A stretch of DNA of 64,000 nt, taken from the NCBI GenBank assembly GCA_034422595.1, contig DAOUJO010000001.1, positions 491,039 to 555,038 on the forward strand. The letters run 5' to 3'. The position numbers and the translations under genes are program-made. Positions 1-8,691 of this stretch are shown here, one piece after another. The notes under the pieces were generated by a model that saw only the letters and a program-made list of their open reading frames with translations, was not told the DNA's origin and made no database searches. Positions within the stretch are counted from its first letter, which is position 1. Every line of letters begins with the position of its first letter. Origin of the DNA: Dehalococcoidia bacterium (GTDB lineage Bacteria > Chloroflexota > Dehalococcoidia > Lucifugimonadales > Australimonadaceae).

Positions 1-1201
1 GGAGGCCGTCGGGCAGCGTGGGCGGCGCGATGTCCGCCCGCGGCAACAGGATGCGGGCGCCCCGGATGTCGAGCGATGCGAACGAGTCGGCGACGGAGCG
101 CGTCGTGTACGCCGCGGGCATGAGGTCGGCGATGATGCCGTGGCCCAGGAGCGCAGCCGCCGTGGCCGGCCCGATAGCCGCCACCCTGGTCTGCGAGAAC
201 GCTCTCGCGTCCCTTCCGGCTGCCTCCAGGCGACCAAACACGGCGTCCACGCCGTTCGTGCTCGTCAGGACGACCCAGTCGAAACCGGTGAGGTCAGCCA
301 GCGCAGCGTCCAGCGCCGACGTATCGGAGAGCGGTTTCACCGCGATCGTGGGGAGTTCCACCGCCTCGGCGCCGTGCGCGGTGAGCAGGGCGCTGAGAGT
401 GCCGGCCTGCGTTCGCGAGCGGGTGACCAGCACGCGCTTGCCGAAGAGCGGGGTGCGGTCGAACCAGCGGAGAGCGGGCCGCAGGGCGGCGGTCCCGCCG
501 ATGACGGTGACAACCGGAGACGCGATCCCGGCCTCGTTGCCCTTCGCCACGATGTCCGCAAGCGTGCCGCTGACGGTGCGCTGGTTCGGAAGCGTCCCCC
601 ACTGGGTCACCGTGGCGGGAGTGTCCGCAGAGCGTCCTTCCGCAAGCAGCGTCCGGACGATCGCCGGGAGACTCTGCCACCCCATCAGCACCACGAGCGT
701 TCCGCCCACGTTCGCGAGCGCCTTCCAGTCCACCTGGGGGTCCGGCTTGGCAGGGTCTTCAGAGCCCGTAACGACCGTGAACGCCGCCGCGACATCCCGG
801 TGCGTGACCGGCACACCGGCATAAGCGGGCACCGCTATAGCAGACGTAACGCCGGGCACGACCTCGAACCGCACTCCTGCCTCGGCGAGAGCCATCGCCT
901 CCTCGCCGCCACGCCCGAACACGAACGGGTCGCCGCCCTTCAAGCGGACCACCGTCTTCCCTGCCGACGCGGCCACCACGAGCCGCTCATTGATGAACGT
1001 CTGGAACTCGCTGGGCGTGTCCGGTTCCTTGCCTACGTAGACGAGCTCGGCATCCGCCGCAAGCGCGAGCACTGCAGGCGAGACGAGACGGTCGTACACC
1101 ACCACGTCCGCCTTCCGCAGGAGTTCCGCGCCCCTAGCCGTGATGAGGCCGGGGTCTCCGGGGCCGGCCCCCACGAGGTAGACCGCGCCGCTCGTCGTCA
1201 T
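1..1201 (-). CDS. cobA: Fused uroporphyrinogen-III C-methyltransferase / uroporphyrinogen-III synthase (CobA-HemD type). The 3-prime end runs off the window.
   Basis: Hand translation of the minus strand from ATG at 1199-1201 gives MTTSGAVYLVGAGPGDPGLIT...RLKGGDPFVFGRGGEE...VPGVTSA (tetrapyrrole methylase motifs). After about 250 aa a HemD-like part follows (GKRVLVTRSR...). The frame is open to position 1, so it is absent from the ORF track. ATGA overlap with the hemC stop. Confidence 0.85.
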   Translation of the reverse strand, partial: MTTSGAVYLVGAGPGDPGLITARGAELLRKADVVVYDRLVSPAVLALAADAELVYVGKEPDTPSEFQTFINERLVVAASAGKTVVRLKGGDPFVFGRGGEEAMALAEAGVRFEVVPGVTSAIAVPAYAGVPVTHRDVAAAFTVVTGSEDPAKPDPQVDWKALANVGGTLVVLMGWQSLPAIVRTLLAEGRSADTPATVTQWGTLPNQRTVSGTLADIVAKGNEAGIASPVVTVIGGTAALRPALRWFDRTPLFGKRVLVTRSRTQAGTLSALLTAHGAEAVELPTIAVKPLSDTSALDAALADLTGFDWVVLTSTNGVDAVFGRLEAAGRDARAFSQTRVAAIGPATAAALLGHGIIADLMPAAYTTRSVADSFASLDIRGARILLPRADIAPPTLPDGL

Positions 1202-2118
1202 CGGCCTGCCTCCTCGAGCAGCGCGGAAGCGCCCTGTTCCAGGAACGCCTGGTATGCGGCCCTGCCCAGCAGGTCGGGCTCGGACGCGCTCCCCGTCACC
1301 TCAACCCGGTAGCTCGTGGAGCCGTCCGGCGGCGTCACCGTCGCGAACAGCCGCATCCGGTCGCCCTCCACCTCCGCGAACGCCCCCAGCGGCAGGCGGC
1401 AGCCGCTGCCCGCCGCCCGCAGCAGGGCGCGTTCCGCCTCGACCGCGGCCTCGGTCGGCTCGTGCACGAGCCGGCGCAGGAGCGCGAGCAGTTCACGATC
1501 GTCGGAGCGCGCCTCGGCAGCCAGCGCGGCCTGTCCGGGAGCGGGTGTGCAGACGTGCGGCGAGAGGCGCTCCGCTATGCGCTCCGTCATACCCAGACGC
1601 TCCACCCCTGCCGCCGCGACGATAACGCCGTCGTAGTCCGGCCCCTCCGACTTCCGGATGCGCGTCTCCACGTTCCCACGGATAGGGAGCAGCGAGATGT
1701 CCTTGCGTCCGTGAGCGATCTGCGCGGCGCGGCGCGGGCTGCTCGTGCCGATGCGCGCTCCTTCCGGCAGATCGAGCAGGCCTACATTCCAGCGGTCTAT
1801 CAACACGTCGCGGGGGTCTTCCCGCTCCAGCACCGGCACAGCGGTCAGGCCGTCCGGCTGGCTGGTCGGGAGGTCTTTCAAGCTGTGCACGGCAAGGTCT
1901 ACCCGCTCGTCGAGCAACGCCCGTTCGATGGCGGACGTGAACACGCCGAGTCCCAGCGTCTCGATGGCGGCCTCCGGCTGCTCATCCCCTGTCGACGCGA
2001 TGGTCTCGATACGGACGTCCCAGCCAGGAGCAACGGATGCGAGCGCGTCGGCGACCGCGTGTGTCTGCGCAAGCGCCAGCCTGCTCCCGCGTGTCCCGAT
2101 AGTGAGCGTGCGCGGCAT
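1198..2118 (-). CDS. hemC: Porphobilinogen deaminase (hydroxymethylbilane synthase)
   Basis: Within ORF 1198..2382. Conserved start MPRTLTIGTRGSRLALAQT at ATG 2118. The upstream 88 aa of the track ORF is Arg-rich junk. Confidence 0.9.
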   Translation of the reverse strand: MPRTLTIGTRGSRLALAQTHAVADALASVAPGWDVRIETIASTGDEQPEAAIETLGLGVFTSAIERALLDERVDLAVHSLKDLPTSQPDGLTAVPVLEREDPRDVLIDRWNVGLLDLPEGARIGTSSPRRAAQIAHGRKDISLLPIRGNVETRIRKSEGPDYDGVIVAAAGVERLGMTERIAERLSPHVCTPAPGQAALAAEARSDDRELLALLRRLVHEPTEAAVEAERALLRAAGSGCRLPLGAFAEVEGDRMRLFATVTPPDGSTSYRVEVTGSASEPDLLGRAAYQAFLEQGASALLEEAGR

Positions 2119-2129
2119 GGCCAGGCGCG

Positions 2130-3377
2130 CTACTCGTCCAGTCCGAAGAGCTGACGAGCGGACTGGGTCACGGATTCGTCGTTGCGCTCGCGCAGGTGTG
2201 CCGTCGGCTGGTGCAGGAGCTTCTTCACCAGCGCCCTGGTCATCTGCTCGATGCGCCGGGCATCCTCCTCCGACAGTCCGTCCATGCGTTCCACGGTCCG
2301 AGCGACCTCGGCTGCGCGTATCTCTTCGGCGTCGTGGCGTATCGCTGCGATGGTCGGGGTAACGCCGCGCGCCTTCCACCACTGCCGAAACTTCGCCGTC
2401 TCCTCGGCAACTATGGCCTCCACCTGACGGGCCTCGGACTCGCGCTGCTGTCGATTGGCCTCCGCCAGCGACTCCACGTCGTCAAGCGTATAGACGTGGA
2501 CGCCCGGAACCGCCGCGGCGACAGGATCGACGTCACGCGGGACAGCCATGTCCATGATCGCGAGCGGGGTCCCGTTCCTTCCGGCTGCCGCCTCCTCGAT
2601 GAGCGACGCGGACAGGATGAAGTCCGGCGCGGCAGTCGCGGTAACGGCGAGGTCGGCCTGCGCAAGCAACGAGGCAAGGTTGTCCAGCGGCGCTACTTCC
2701 GCATCCAACTCCCGTGCGAGCTCAGCAGCATTCGCGGGAGTCCGGTTGGCGATGACGATGCTTGCGGCTCCGGCGTCCCGCAGCGCGAGACCGGCGAGGC
2801 GGGAGGCTTCTCCCACGCCGATGATGAGCACGCGCTTACCCTCCGGCGTCCCGATCGCCCGCCGCGCCAGCGCGATGCACGCACGGCTCAGCGAGAGGGC
2901 GTTGCGGCCGATGGCCGTCTCCGTGCGAGCGCGCTTGCCGGTGCGGAGCGCGCTGTGGAACAGGTGCGCCATCGCTCCGCCGGAGGCGCCCTGCTGCCTC
3001 GCTGCGCTGAACGCGCTCCGCACCTGCCCGAGCACCTCCGACTCGCCGAGGATCTGCGAGTCGAGTCCCGACGCGACGCGGAAGAGATGCGCTACCGCCT
3101 CGCTCTGGTCCAGGGTGTACAGATGCTTGCGGACGGACTCCACGTCGACCTCGAACTGCTCTTCGATGAACCCTTCGATGGCGCGCTCTCCGCGCTCGAG
3201 GGACGGCGCGAGCGTGTATATCTCCGTGCGGTTGCAGGTGCCGACGATGACGCCGTGCTCTGCGTGGCGCTGCAGCGTCTCGAGCGCAGCGGGCAGCGTC
3301 TCGCTCGTGACGCTCAACCGCTCCCGCGTTTCCAGCGGCGCGGTGTGATGGCTCAGGCCGGTCATGACGATGCGCAT
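2130..3377 (-). CDS. hemA: Glutamyl-tRNA reductase
   Basis: ORF 2130..3377: MRIVMTGLSHHTAPLETRERL, GTCNRTEIY, NAD-binding LIIGVGE. Sits in the heme operon. Confidence 0.92.
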   Translation of the reverse strand: MRIVMTGLSHHTAPLETRERLSVTSETLPAALETLQRHAEHGVIVGTCNRTEIYTLAPSLERGERAIEGFIEEQFEVDVESVRKHLYTLDQSEAVAHLFRVASGLDSQILGESEVLGQVRSAFSAARQQGASGGAMAHLFHSALRTGKRARTETAIGRNALSLSRACIALARRAIGTPEGKRVLIIGVGEASRLAGLALRDAGAASIVIANRTPANAAELARELDAEVAPLDNLASLLAQADLAVTATAAPDFILSASLIEEAAAGRNGTPLAIMDMAVPRDVDPVAAAVPGVHVYTLDDVESLAEANRQQRESEARQVEAIVAEETAKFRQWWKARGVTPTIAAIRHDAEEIRAAEVARTVERMDGLSEEDARRIEQMTRALVKKLLHQPTAHLRERNDESVTQSARQLFGLDE

Positions 3378-3380
3378 CGC

Positions 3381-4055
3381 CTACGACTCCGCGCCCGACA
3401 GCAGCACGGCACGCAGCCGCTGCCGCGCCTCGCTGCTCTTTCCCGCCCGGACCAGCTCCAGCAACTCCTCGTCCATCGCCTCCTGCCATGCCTCCGCCGG
3501 CGCGTTCCTGTCCTGCGCTTTCAGCTCCGCACGAACGTCCGCAAGCGCGTCTGCCGCATCTGCCCACTCGATACACCGGCAGAACGCGTCGTGGTCATAG
3601 TGCGCAGGGTTCTGGTCGCCGCCCATCAGCTCCCGCAGCTTCCGTGCGAGCGCCGGGCTCGCCCCACCCGTGGAGATCGCCACCGTAACGGGTCCGCGCT
3701 GGACGATGGACGGCGCGATGAACCCGCACAGCTCGGTAACGTCCACCACGTTCAGCAATGTTTTCTCACGTTCCGCTTCCGCATGGATGGAACGATGCAG
3801 GCCGGCGTCGTCGGTCGCGGCGATGGCCAACCACGCTCCGGCAAGGTCGCCGGGAGCGTATGACCGGCGTACCCAGCGCACACCGCTTTCCGACGCCAAG
3901 CGTTCCAGTCCGGGCGTGGCATCGGGGCTGACGAGCGTGACGTCCGCGCCGGAGGCGACGAGCTGCGCGGTCTTGCGCTCAGCGACCTCACCACCGCCGA
4001 TAACGACCGCGCGGCGTCCCGTGATGTTCAGATAGGCAGGGTAGTACTGCGTCAA
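3381..4055 (-). CDS. Precorrin-2 dehydrogenase / sirohydrochlorin ferrochelatase (siroheme synthase N-terminal-domain type)
   Basis: ORF 3381..4055: YPAYLNITGRRAVVIGGGEVAERK (Rossmann fold). Located directly upstream of hemA. Confidence 0.8.
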   Translation of the reverse strand: MTQYYPAYLNITGRRAVVIGGGEVAERKTAQLVASGADVTLVSPDATPGLERLASESGVRWVRRSYAPGDLAGAWLAIAATDDAGLHRSIHAEAEREKTLLNVVDVTELCGFIAPSIVQRGPVTVAISTGGASPALARKLRELMGGDQNPAHYDHDAFCRCIEWADAADALADVRAELKAQDRNAPAEAWQEAMDEELLELVRAGKSSEARQRLRAVLLSGAES

Positions 4056-4165
4056 ATGCGGGCCTCTGCAAGCGTTCTCGGTGTACTAGCGTACAGCACC
4101 AGCCTCCCGTTGCGTACTGCTTCAGGCGTCTGCGGAGCGTCAAGGACACACGTACCCGCTCCGAT

Positions 4166-4194
4166 TTGACGCACCCGCTCCCGTGCTCTATATC
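4166..4194 (+). promoter_or_regulatory. Candidate sigma-70-type promoter for the moxR operon (TTGACG-N17-TATATC)
   Basis: Hexamers read directly at 4166-4171 and 4189-4194, about 40 nt upstream of the GTG start at 4232. Confidence 0.3.
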
Positions 4195-4231
4195 ATGCGG
4201 TGTTTACGAGTCAGCCGCACAGGAGGAGACG

Positions 4232-5209
4232 GTGACAGTTTCCGAACGTACCTCGGACCCAACGAAGGCGCGGGAAGTCGCCGAGAGGCTGCTGGACAAC
4301 CTCGGCAAGGTGATCCTCGGCAAGGGGGACGAGGAGCGACTGGCCGTGATGGCGCTGATGTGCCGCGGCCACCTCCTCATAGAGGACGTGCCGGGCGTAG
4401 GCAAGACGATGCTTGCGCGCAGCATCGCGCGCTCCATCGGCGGCACCTTCCGGCGTATCCAGTTCACGCCCGACCTGCTCCCCGCCGACATCACCGGCGT
4501 ATCCGTCTTCAACCAGAAGAACGGCGAGTTCGAATACAGGGAGGGCCCCATCGTTGCGCAGGTCGTCCTCGCGGACGAGATCAACCGCGCGTCGCCCAAG
4601 ACTCAGGCAGCGCTCCTGGAGGCGATGGAGGAGCGCCAGGTCACCGTCGACGGCATCGCGCACCCCATGCCGGAGCCCTTCATAGTCATGGCGACGCAGA
4701 ACCCCATCGAGTACGAGGGCACCTTCCCGCTGCCCGAGACCGAGCTGGACCGGTTCCTCGTACGCCTGCACCTCGGCTATCCGGACAGAGAGGACGAGAT
4801 CCGCGTGCTGGAAGCGCAGCAGTACGCACACCCGGTAGAGCGGTTGGAGGCAGTGGTCGATGAAAGCGACCTCGTCGCGCTTCAGAACGCGGTTCGCGGC
4901 ATCCACGTCTCGGACGACGTGAAGGAGTACATCGTCGCGATAGCGGATGCGACGCGGAACCACGGCAGCCTCTATCTCGGCGCATCGCCAAGAGGCTCGC
5001 TGGCGCTCTTCCGGCTCGTCCAGGCCAAGGCGCTGCTCGAAGAACGAGACTACGCACTGCCGGACGACGTGAAGGCGCTGGCATATCCGGCGCTCGGGCA
5101 CCGCGTCATCCTCAGCTCGGCGGCGCGTATCCAGGGCACCACGTCCGCAGACGCGATAGCGGATGTGCTGGAACAGACACCGGTAGCAGGAGCGCTCCCC
5201 GGCGCATGA
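4232..5209 (+). CDS. MoxR-family AAA+ ATPase
   Basis: ORF 4166..5209. Preferred start is GTG 4232, preceded by AGGAGGAG at 4221-4228. Walker A GVPGVGKT, Walker B VLADEINRA. Confidence 0.9.
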   Translation: MTVSERTSDPTKAREVAERLLDNLGKVILGKGDEERLAVMALMCRGHLLIEDVPGVGKTMLARSIARSIGGTFRRIQFTPDLLPADITGVSVFNQKNGEFEYREGPIVAQVVLADEINRASPKTQAALLEAMEERQVTVDGIAHPMPEPFIVMATQNPIEYEGTFPLPETELDRFLVRLHLGYPDREDEIRVLEAQQYAHPVERLEAVVDESDLVALQNAVRGIHVSDDVKEYIVAIADATRNHGSLYLGASPRGSLALFRLVQAKALLEERDYALPDDVKALAYPALGHRVILSSAARIQGTTSADAIADVLEQTPVAGALPGA

Positions 5210-5245
5210 CGCGCCGGGGCAGCGTCCGACAGCGGGGATGCCGCG

Positions 5246-6481
5246 GTGAAAACGCGAGTCGTGTGGGCAAGCGTGGGGGCGCTGCTGCTGATCCTGGCGT
5301 TCTCCACCGGTGGGGCGCTCTACTACCGCCTCTTCCTCGGCCTGCTCGTCGTTCCGGCCCTCGGTTTCTTGTCCAGTGTGCTTGCAGCGCGCCGCATAGA
5401 AGGCGGCGTGCAGCGGCTCACTTCCTATCTCCAGGTGGGCGATACCCTGGAAGAGCGCATCGTCCTGCGCAACACCCACTGGTGGCCGAAGCTGCTGCTG
5501 GAGGTGCAGCACGATACGCAGCCCTTCGGACGCGCCGGGCGCATCGCCACCCTCTGGCCGTACGGCTCGGCTGTCTGGACGTCGTCCAGTCACTGTGAGC
5601 GCCGCGGCATCTACCGGTTCGGGGAGCTGGAGATAACCAGCCGCGACCCGTTCGGCCTCTTCAGCAGGACCATGCGCCTGGGGAGCCCGCAGACGGCGCT
5701 CATCTACCCCGCTACCGTGGACCTCTCCGATTTCTTCGTGCTCTCCGGCAGAGGCTGGACGGAGGGCATCATCCACGGGCGCACCTTCACTCCCAGCCCT
5801 ATCGCGTCCACCGTGCGCGAGTACACATCGCACGACGCCGTGAGCAGGGTGCACTGGCCCGCCACCGCGCATACCGGCAGGCTCATGGTGAAGGAGTTCG
5901 ACCGCGAACCGTCCGGGCCGGCCGACGCCATATGGGTCGTGCTCGACCTCGACGAGCGCGTCCAGGAGGGAGAAGGCACCGAGAGCACCGTGGAGTACAG
6001 CGTGACGACTGCCGCCTCGGTAGCGAAGCGCTTCCTGGACTCGGGGCGGAGCGTCGGCGCGGTGTTCTCCGGGCAGGAGCAACTCATCATCCCCGCCGCC
6101 CCAGGCATCGCGCAGATGGGGCGCATCTTCCAGGCGCTCGCGCTGATCGAACCCGGCAGCGCAGGAGGCGTGCAGGAGGTGTCGGAAGCGGTCAAGAACG
6201 AGCTGAGCACGGGCGCAAGCATCGTGCTTATCACCGCCGCGCCTCCCGCCTCCGTCTCTTCCGCCGTGGAGATGTTGCGCGCCACCGGCGCGGCGGTCGT
6301 TCCGGTGCTCCTGGACGCTCCCAGCTTCAAGGCAGGACGCGGCACCTCCATGGCGCGAGGCGCCGGATTCGACGCCTACGTCATCCGCATGGGGGATGAG
6401 ATCGGCCAGCGGCTGGACTACCACACCGCCCCGCCGGGGCTCGCGGTGCCGGCCCGGGAGCTGCAGGGTGCGTTGCCGTGA
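5246..6481 (+). CDS. DUF58-family protein with N-terminal TM helices (MoxR partner)
   Basis: ORF 5246..6481. Contains VREYTSHDAVSRVHWPATAHTGRLMVKEFD, a typical DUF58 core. Confidence 0.85.
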   Translation: MKTRVVWASVGALLLILAFSTGGALYYRLFLGLLVVPALGFLSSVLAARRIEGGVQRLTSYLQVGDTLEERIVLRNTHWWPKLLLEVQHDTQPFGRAGRIATLWPYGSAVWTSSSHCERRGIYRFGELEITSRDPFGLFSRTMRLGSPQTALIYPATVDLSDFFVLSGRGWTEGIIHGRTFTPSPIASTVREYTSHDAVSRVHWPATAHTGRLMVKEFDREPSGPADAIWVVLDLDERVQEGEGTESTVEYSVTTAASVAKRFLDSGRSVGAVFSGQEQLIIPAAPGIAQMGRIFQALALIEPGSAGGVQEVSEAVKNELSTGASIVLITAAPPASVSSAVEMLRATGAAVVPVLLDAPSFKAGRGTSMARGAGFDAYVIRMGDEIGQRLDYHTAPPGLAVPARELQGALP

Positions 6482-8691
6482 CCACGCTCATCGCACGCGC
6501 CCAGGCTGTCGACGTCATCTCCCTGTGGGAGCGTTTCATCGGGGGGATGGGGCTGACGCTCACGCTGGTGGGACTCGTGCTGTTCTCCGTCGTCATGCCC
6601 CTGCAGGAGGGGAACTGGGTGCCGGGGATGCCGGCGCCGCTCCTCATCGGCGTGCTGGGTGGCGCCGCAGGCTGGGCGATGCACCAGCGGGGCTGGACCG
6701 CCCGCCGCGCGATCGTCGCTACCGCCGCCGCCGGTCTGGTGTTGTCGGCGTATGCGGGCACGACCGCGGCCGAGGGGTTCGCGATCACGGCCCGTGCCGT
6801 CAACGCGATCGAGGACATCGCGCAGTGGATAGCGGCCATCTCCACGGACGAGACGCAGGCCGGAACGATCGAGTTCGCCATGTTCCTCTCATTCGCCGTC
6901 TGGCTGTTGTGCGTGTCCAGCGTCTGGCTGGCGCTCCGCAGCGCGCACGGCTGGTCGACGGTGCTGTTCGGCGGAGTGGTGCTCGCCTTCGCCCTCTCCA
7001 ATCTGCCGGGAAGCCTGGGCTGGCGACTCGGCATCTTCATGGCGACAGGCGTCATGCTCCTCATACATCTCAGCACGGTCCGGCGGATAGAAGGATGGCG
7101 CGGACGCGGCGCAGTGTTCGACGCTCGAACGGTGCTTACGCAGTCCGGTATCGTGCTCGCCGTCGGGATGCTGGTGACTGCGGCGATCGCAGCGCTCCCG
7201 ACGCCCCAGGTCGCCCCGCTCGGAGTGGTCTCACGCGCGGTGGACGACACGGCCCAAGAGATAGGAGCGCACTTCAGCAGGCTGTTCAGCGCGCTGCCGT
7301 CCCGCCGGGACTACAAGACCATCACGTTCGAGCAGGAGACCCGGTTCCAGGGAAACCCGGAGCTCACCGACGAACTGCTCTTCCTCGTGAGCGGCCCCCG
7401 GGGGTACTGGCGCGCCCGCTCCTACGCGGTCTACACCGGCAGCGGATGGGAGACCGCCGAGGAATCCGAGTTCGTTCCGTTCGAGGACGTCCCTCCTTCC
7501 GACGAAAGCCGCCTTGCGCCCCGGACCAACGCGTTCCGCATCGCCGCCGCAACCGACACGCTCTTCTCCGGCGGGTTGCCTGTCGACTTCGACGAGCCCG
7601 CCGAGGCGTTGACGACTCCCACGTCCGGCCCCGGCGCGGTGCAGGTGCGCTTCTCCAAGGGCCGTGAGTACTTCCCGACGCGCGTCAACATGAGCTACAT
7701 CAGCACCGGGCTCGAATCCATCGCCACACCGTTCGAACTGCGAAGGGCGGGCGAGGAGTACCCGGAGTGGACAGAGGCCTACCTCCAGCTGCCCGACACG
7801 CTGCCCGACCGCGTGCGCGTGCTCGCCGAGACCCTCGTCACGAACGAAGAGAACCCGTTCGACAAGGCGGTGGCCATCCGCAACTACCTCCGCCGGGTGC
7901 CGTACAACCTGGACATCGCCGCTCCGGCCGACGACGCGGACGGCGTGGACCATTTCCTCTTCGTGCTGCAGCAGGGGTACTGCGACTACTACGCCTCCGC
8001 GGCTGCGGTACTGATGCGCACCGTGGGCATACCTGCCCGATACGTCCTCGGCTACGCTCCCGGACGCCTCAACACCATCCTCGGCGCGTACGAGGTGCTG
8101 GAGCTCAACTACCACGCTTGGGTCGAGGCGTACTTCCCGGGCTACGGCTGGGTGAGCTTCGAACCGACGCCCCCCAACGCCATCGAGTTCGGCGGGGTGG
8201 ACTTCGGTGAGTCTCCCCTGCTGACGGAAGACATCGACATCGGCGAGTTGGGGGAGATACTCGAGGACGAGGAAGAGGATGCGTTCGACGTCGACTTCAC
8301 CCCGCGCAGGGAGATGCCCGCATGGCTCGTTGCGCTGCTTGCGCTCGCGGGCGCCGTGGCGGTCTCCACGCCCGTGCTGCTGTGGCGCGAGTGGTGGTGG
8401 AAGCTGGGTTCGCTCCCGCGCTCAGGCGAGCTGTTCGCCAAGATGTGCCGCCTCGGCGCAGCGCTCGGCCTGCGGAAACGGCCCGACCAGACCCCCTCGG
8501 AGTACGCAGCGATGCTGTCGGAAGCGCTGCCGGAGCAGCGCCGGCAGATCCGGCGCATCACACACGCGTACATCCTGCACCGCTACGCGCCGGGAAGAGT
8601 GCCGCTCAGCGACCTGCGGGACGCGGAATGGTCATGGAGCAGCCTGCGCTGGGCCATGATTCGGCGACTCTTCCGCGTGCGGCCTGCCTAG
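6478..8691 (+). CDS. Transglutaminase-like multi-pass membrane protein
   Basis: ORF 6478..8691. GTGA start/stop overlap with the DUF58 gene. Cys-His-Asp core region QQGYCDYYASAAAVLMRTVGIPARYVLGY ... NYHAWVEAYFPGYGWVSFEPTP. Confidence 0.85.
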   Translation: MTTLIARAQAVDVISLWERFIGGMGLTLTLVGLVLFSVVMPLQEGNWVPGMPAPLLIGVLGGAAGWAMHQRGWTARRAIVATAAAGLVLSAYAGTTAAEGFAITARAVNAIEDIAQWIAAISTDETQAGTIEFAMFLSFAVWLLCVSSVWLALRSAHGWSTVLFGGVVLAFALSNLPGSLGWRLGIFMATGVMLLIHLSTVRRIEGWRGRGAVFDARTVLTQSGIVLAVGMLVTAAIAALPTPQVAPLGVVSRAVDDTAQEIGAHFSRLFSALPSRRDYKTITFEQETRFQGNPELTDELLFLVSGPRGYWRARSYAVYTGSGWETAEESEFVPFEDVPPSDESRLAPRTNAFRIAAATDTLFSGGLPVDFDEPAEALTTPTSGPGAVQVRFSKGREYFPTRVNMSYISTGLESIATPFELRRAGEEYPEWTEAYLQLPDTLPDRVRVLAETLVTNEENPFDKAVAIRNYLRRVPYNLDIAAPADDADGVDHFLFVLQQGYCDYYASAAAVLMRTVGIPARYVLGYAPGRLNTILGAYEVLELNYHAWVEAYFPGYGWVSFEPTPPNAIEFGGVDFGESPLLTEDIDIGELGEILEDEEEDAFDVDFTPRREMPAWLVALLALAGAVAVSTPVLLWREWWWKLGSLPRSGELFAKMCRLGAALGLRKRPDQTPSEYAAMLSEALPEQRRQIRRITHAYILHRYAPGRVPLSDLRDAEWSWSSLRWAMIRRLFRVRPA

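Noticed and set aside
1198-2382. N-terminal extensions of track ORFs. Examples are hemC to 2382, Rieske to 10253, PrpD to 13072, coaD to 14220, the AAA+ gene to 45245, the Moco protein to 54333 and the bicupin to 55844.
   Set aside because: The extensions are Arg/Pro/Gly-rich and unlike the family N-termini. Internal starts coincide with conserved N-terminal sequences and with Shine-Dalgarno-like GGAGG motifs.
4211-6424. Very long antisense or alternate-frame ORFs. Examples are 4211..6424 (-), 14956..17307 (-), 17213..19573 (-), 26277..27974 (-), 28817..30715 (-), 32964..35009 (+), 45267..47114 (-), 47253..48956 (+), 57074..58615 (-) and 58501..59667 (-).
   Set aside because: They overlap genes with clear family motifs such as MoxR, LysS, SerS, GroEL and the Rieske oxygenases. 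Their translations are dominated by Arg, Ala, Gly, Pro, Asp, Val and His, as expected for non-coding frames in high-GC DNA.
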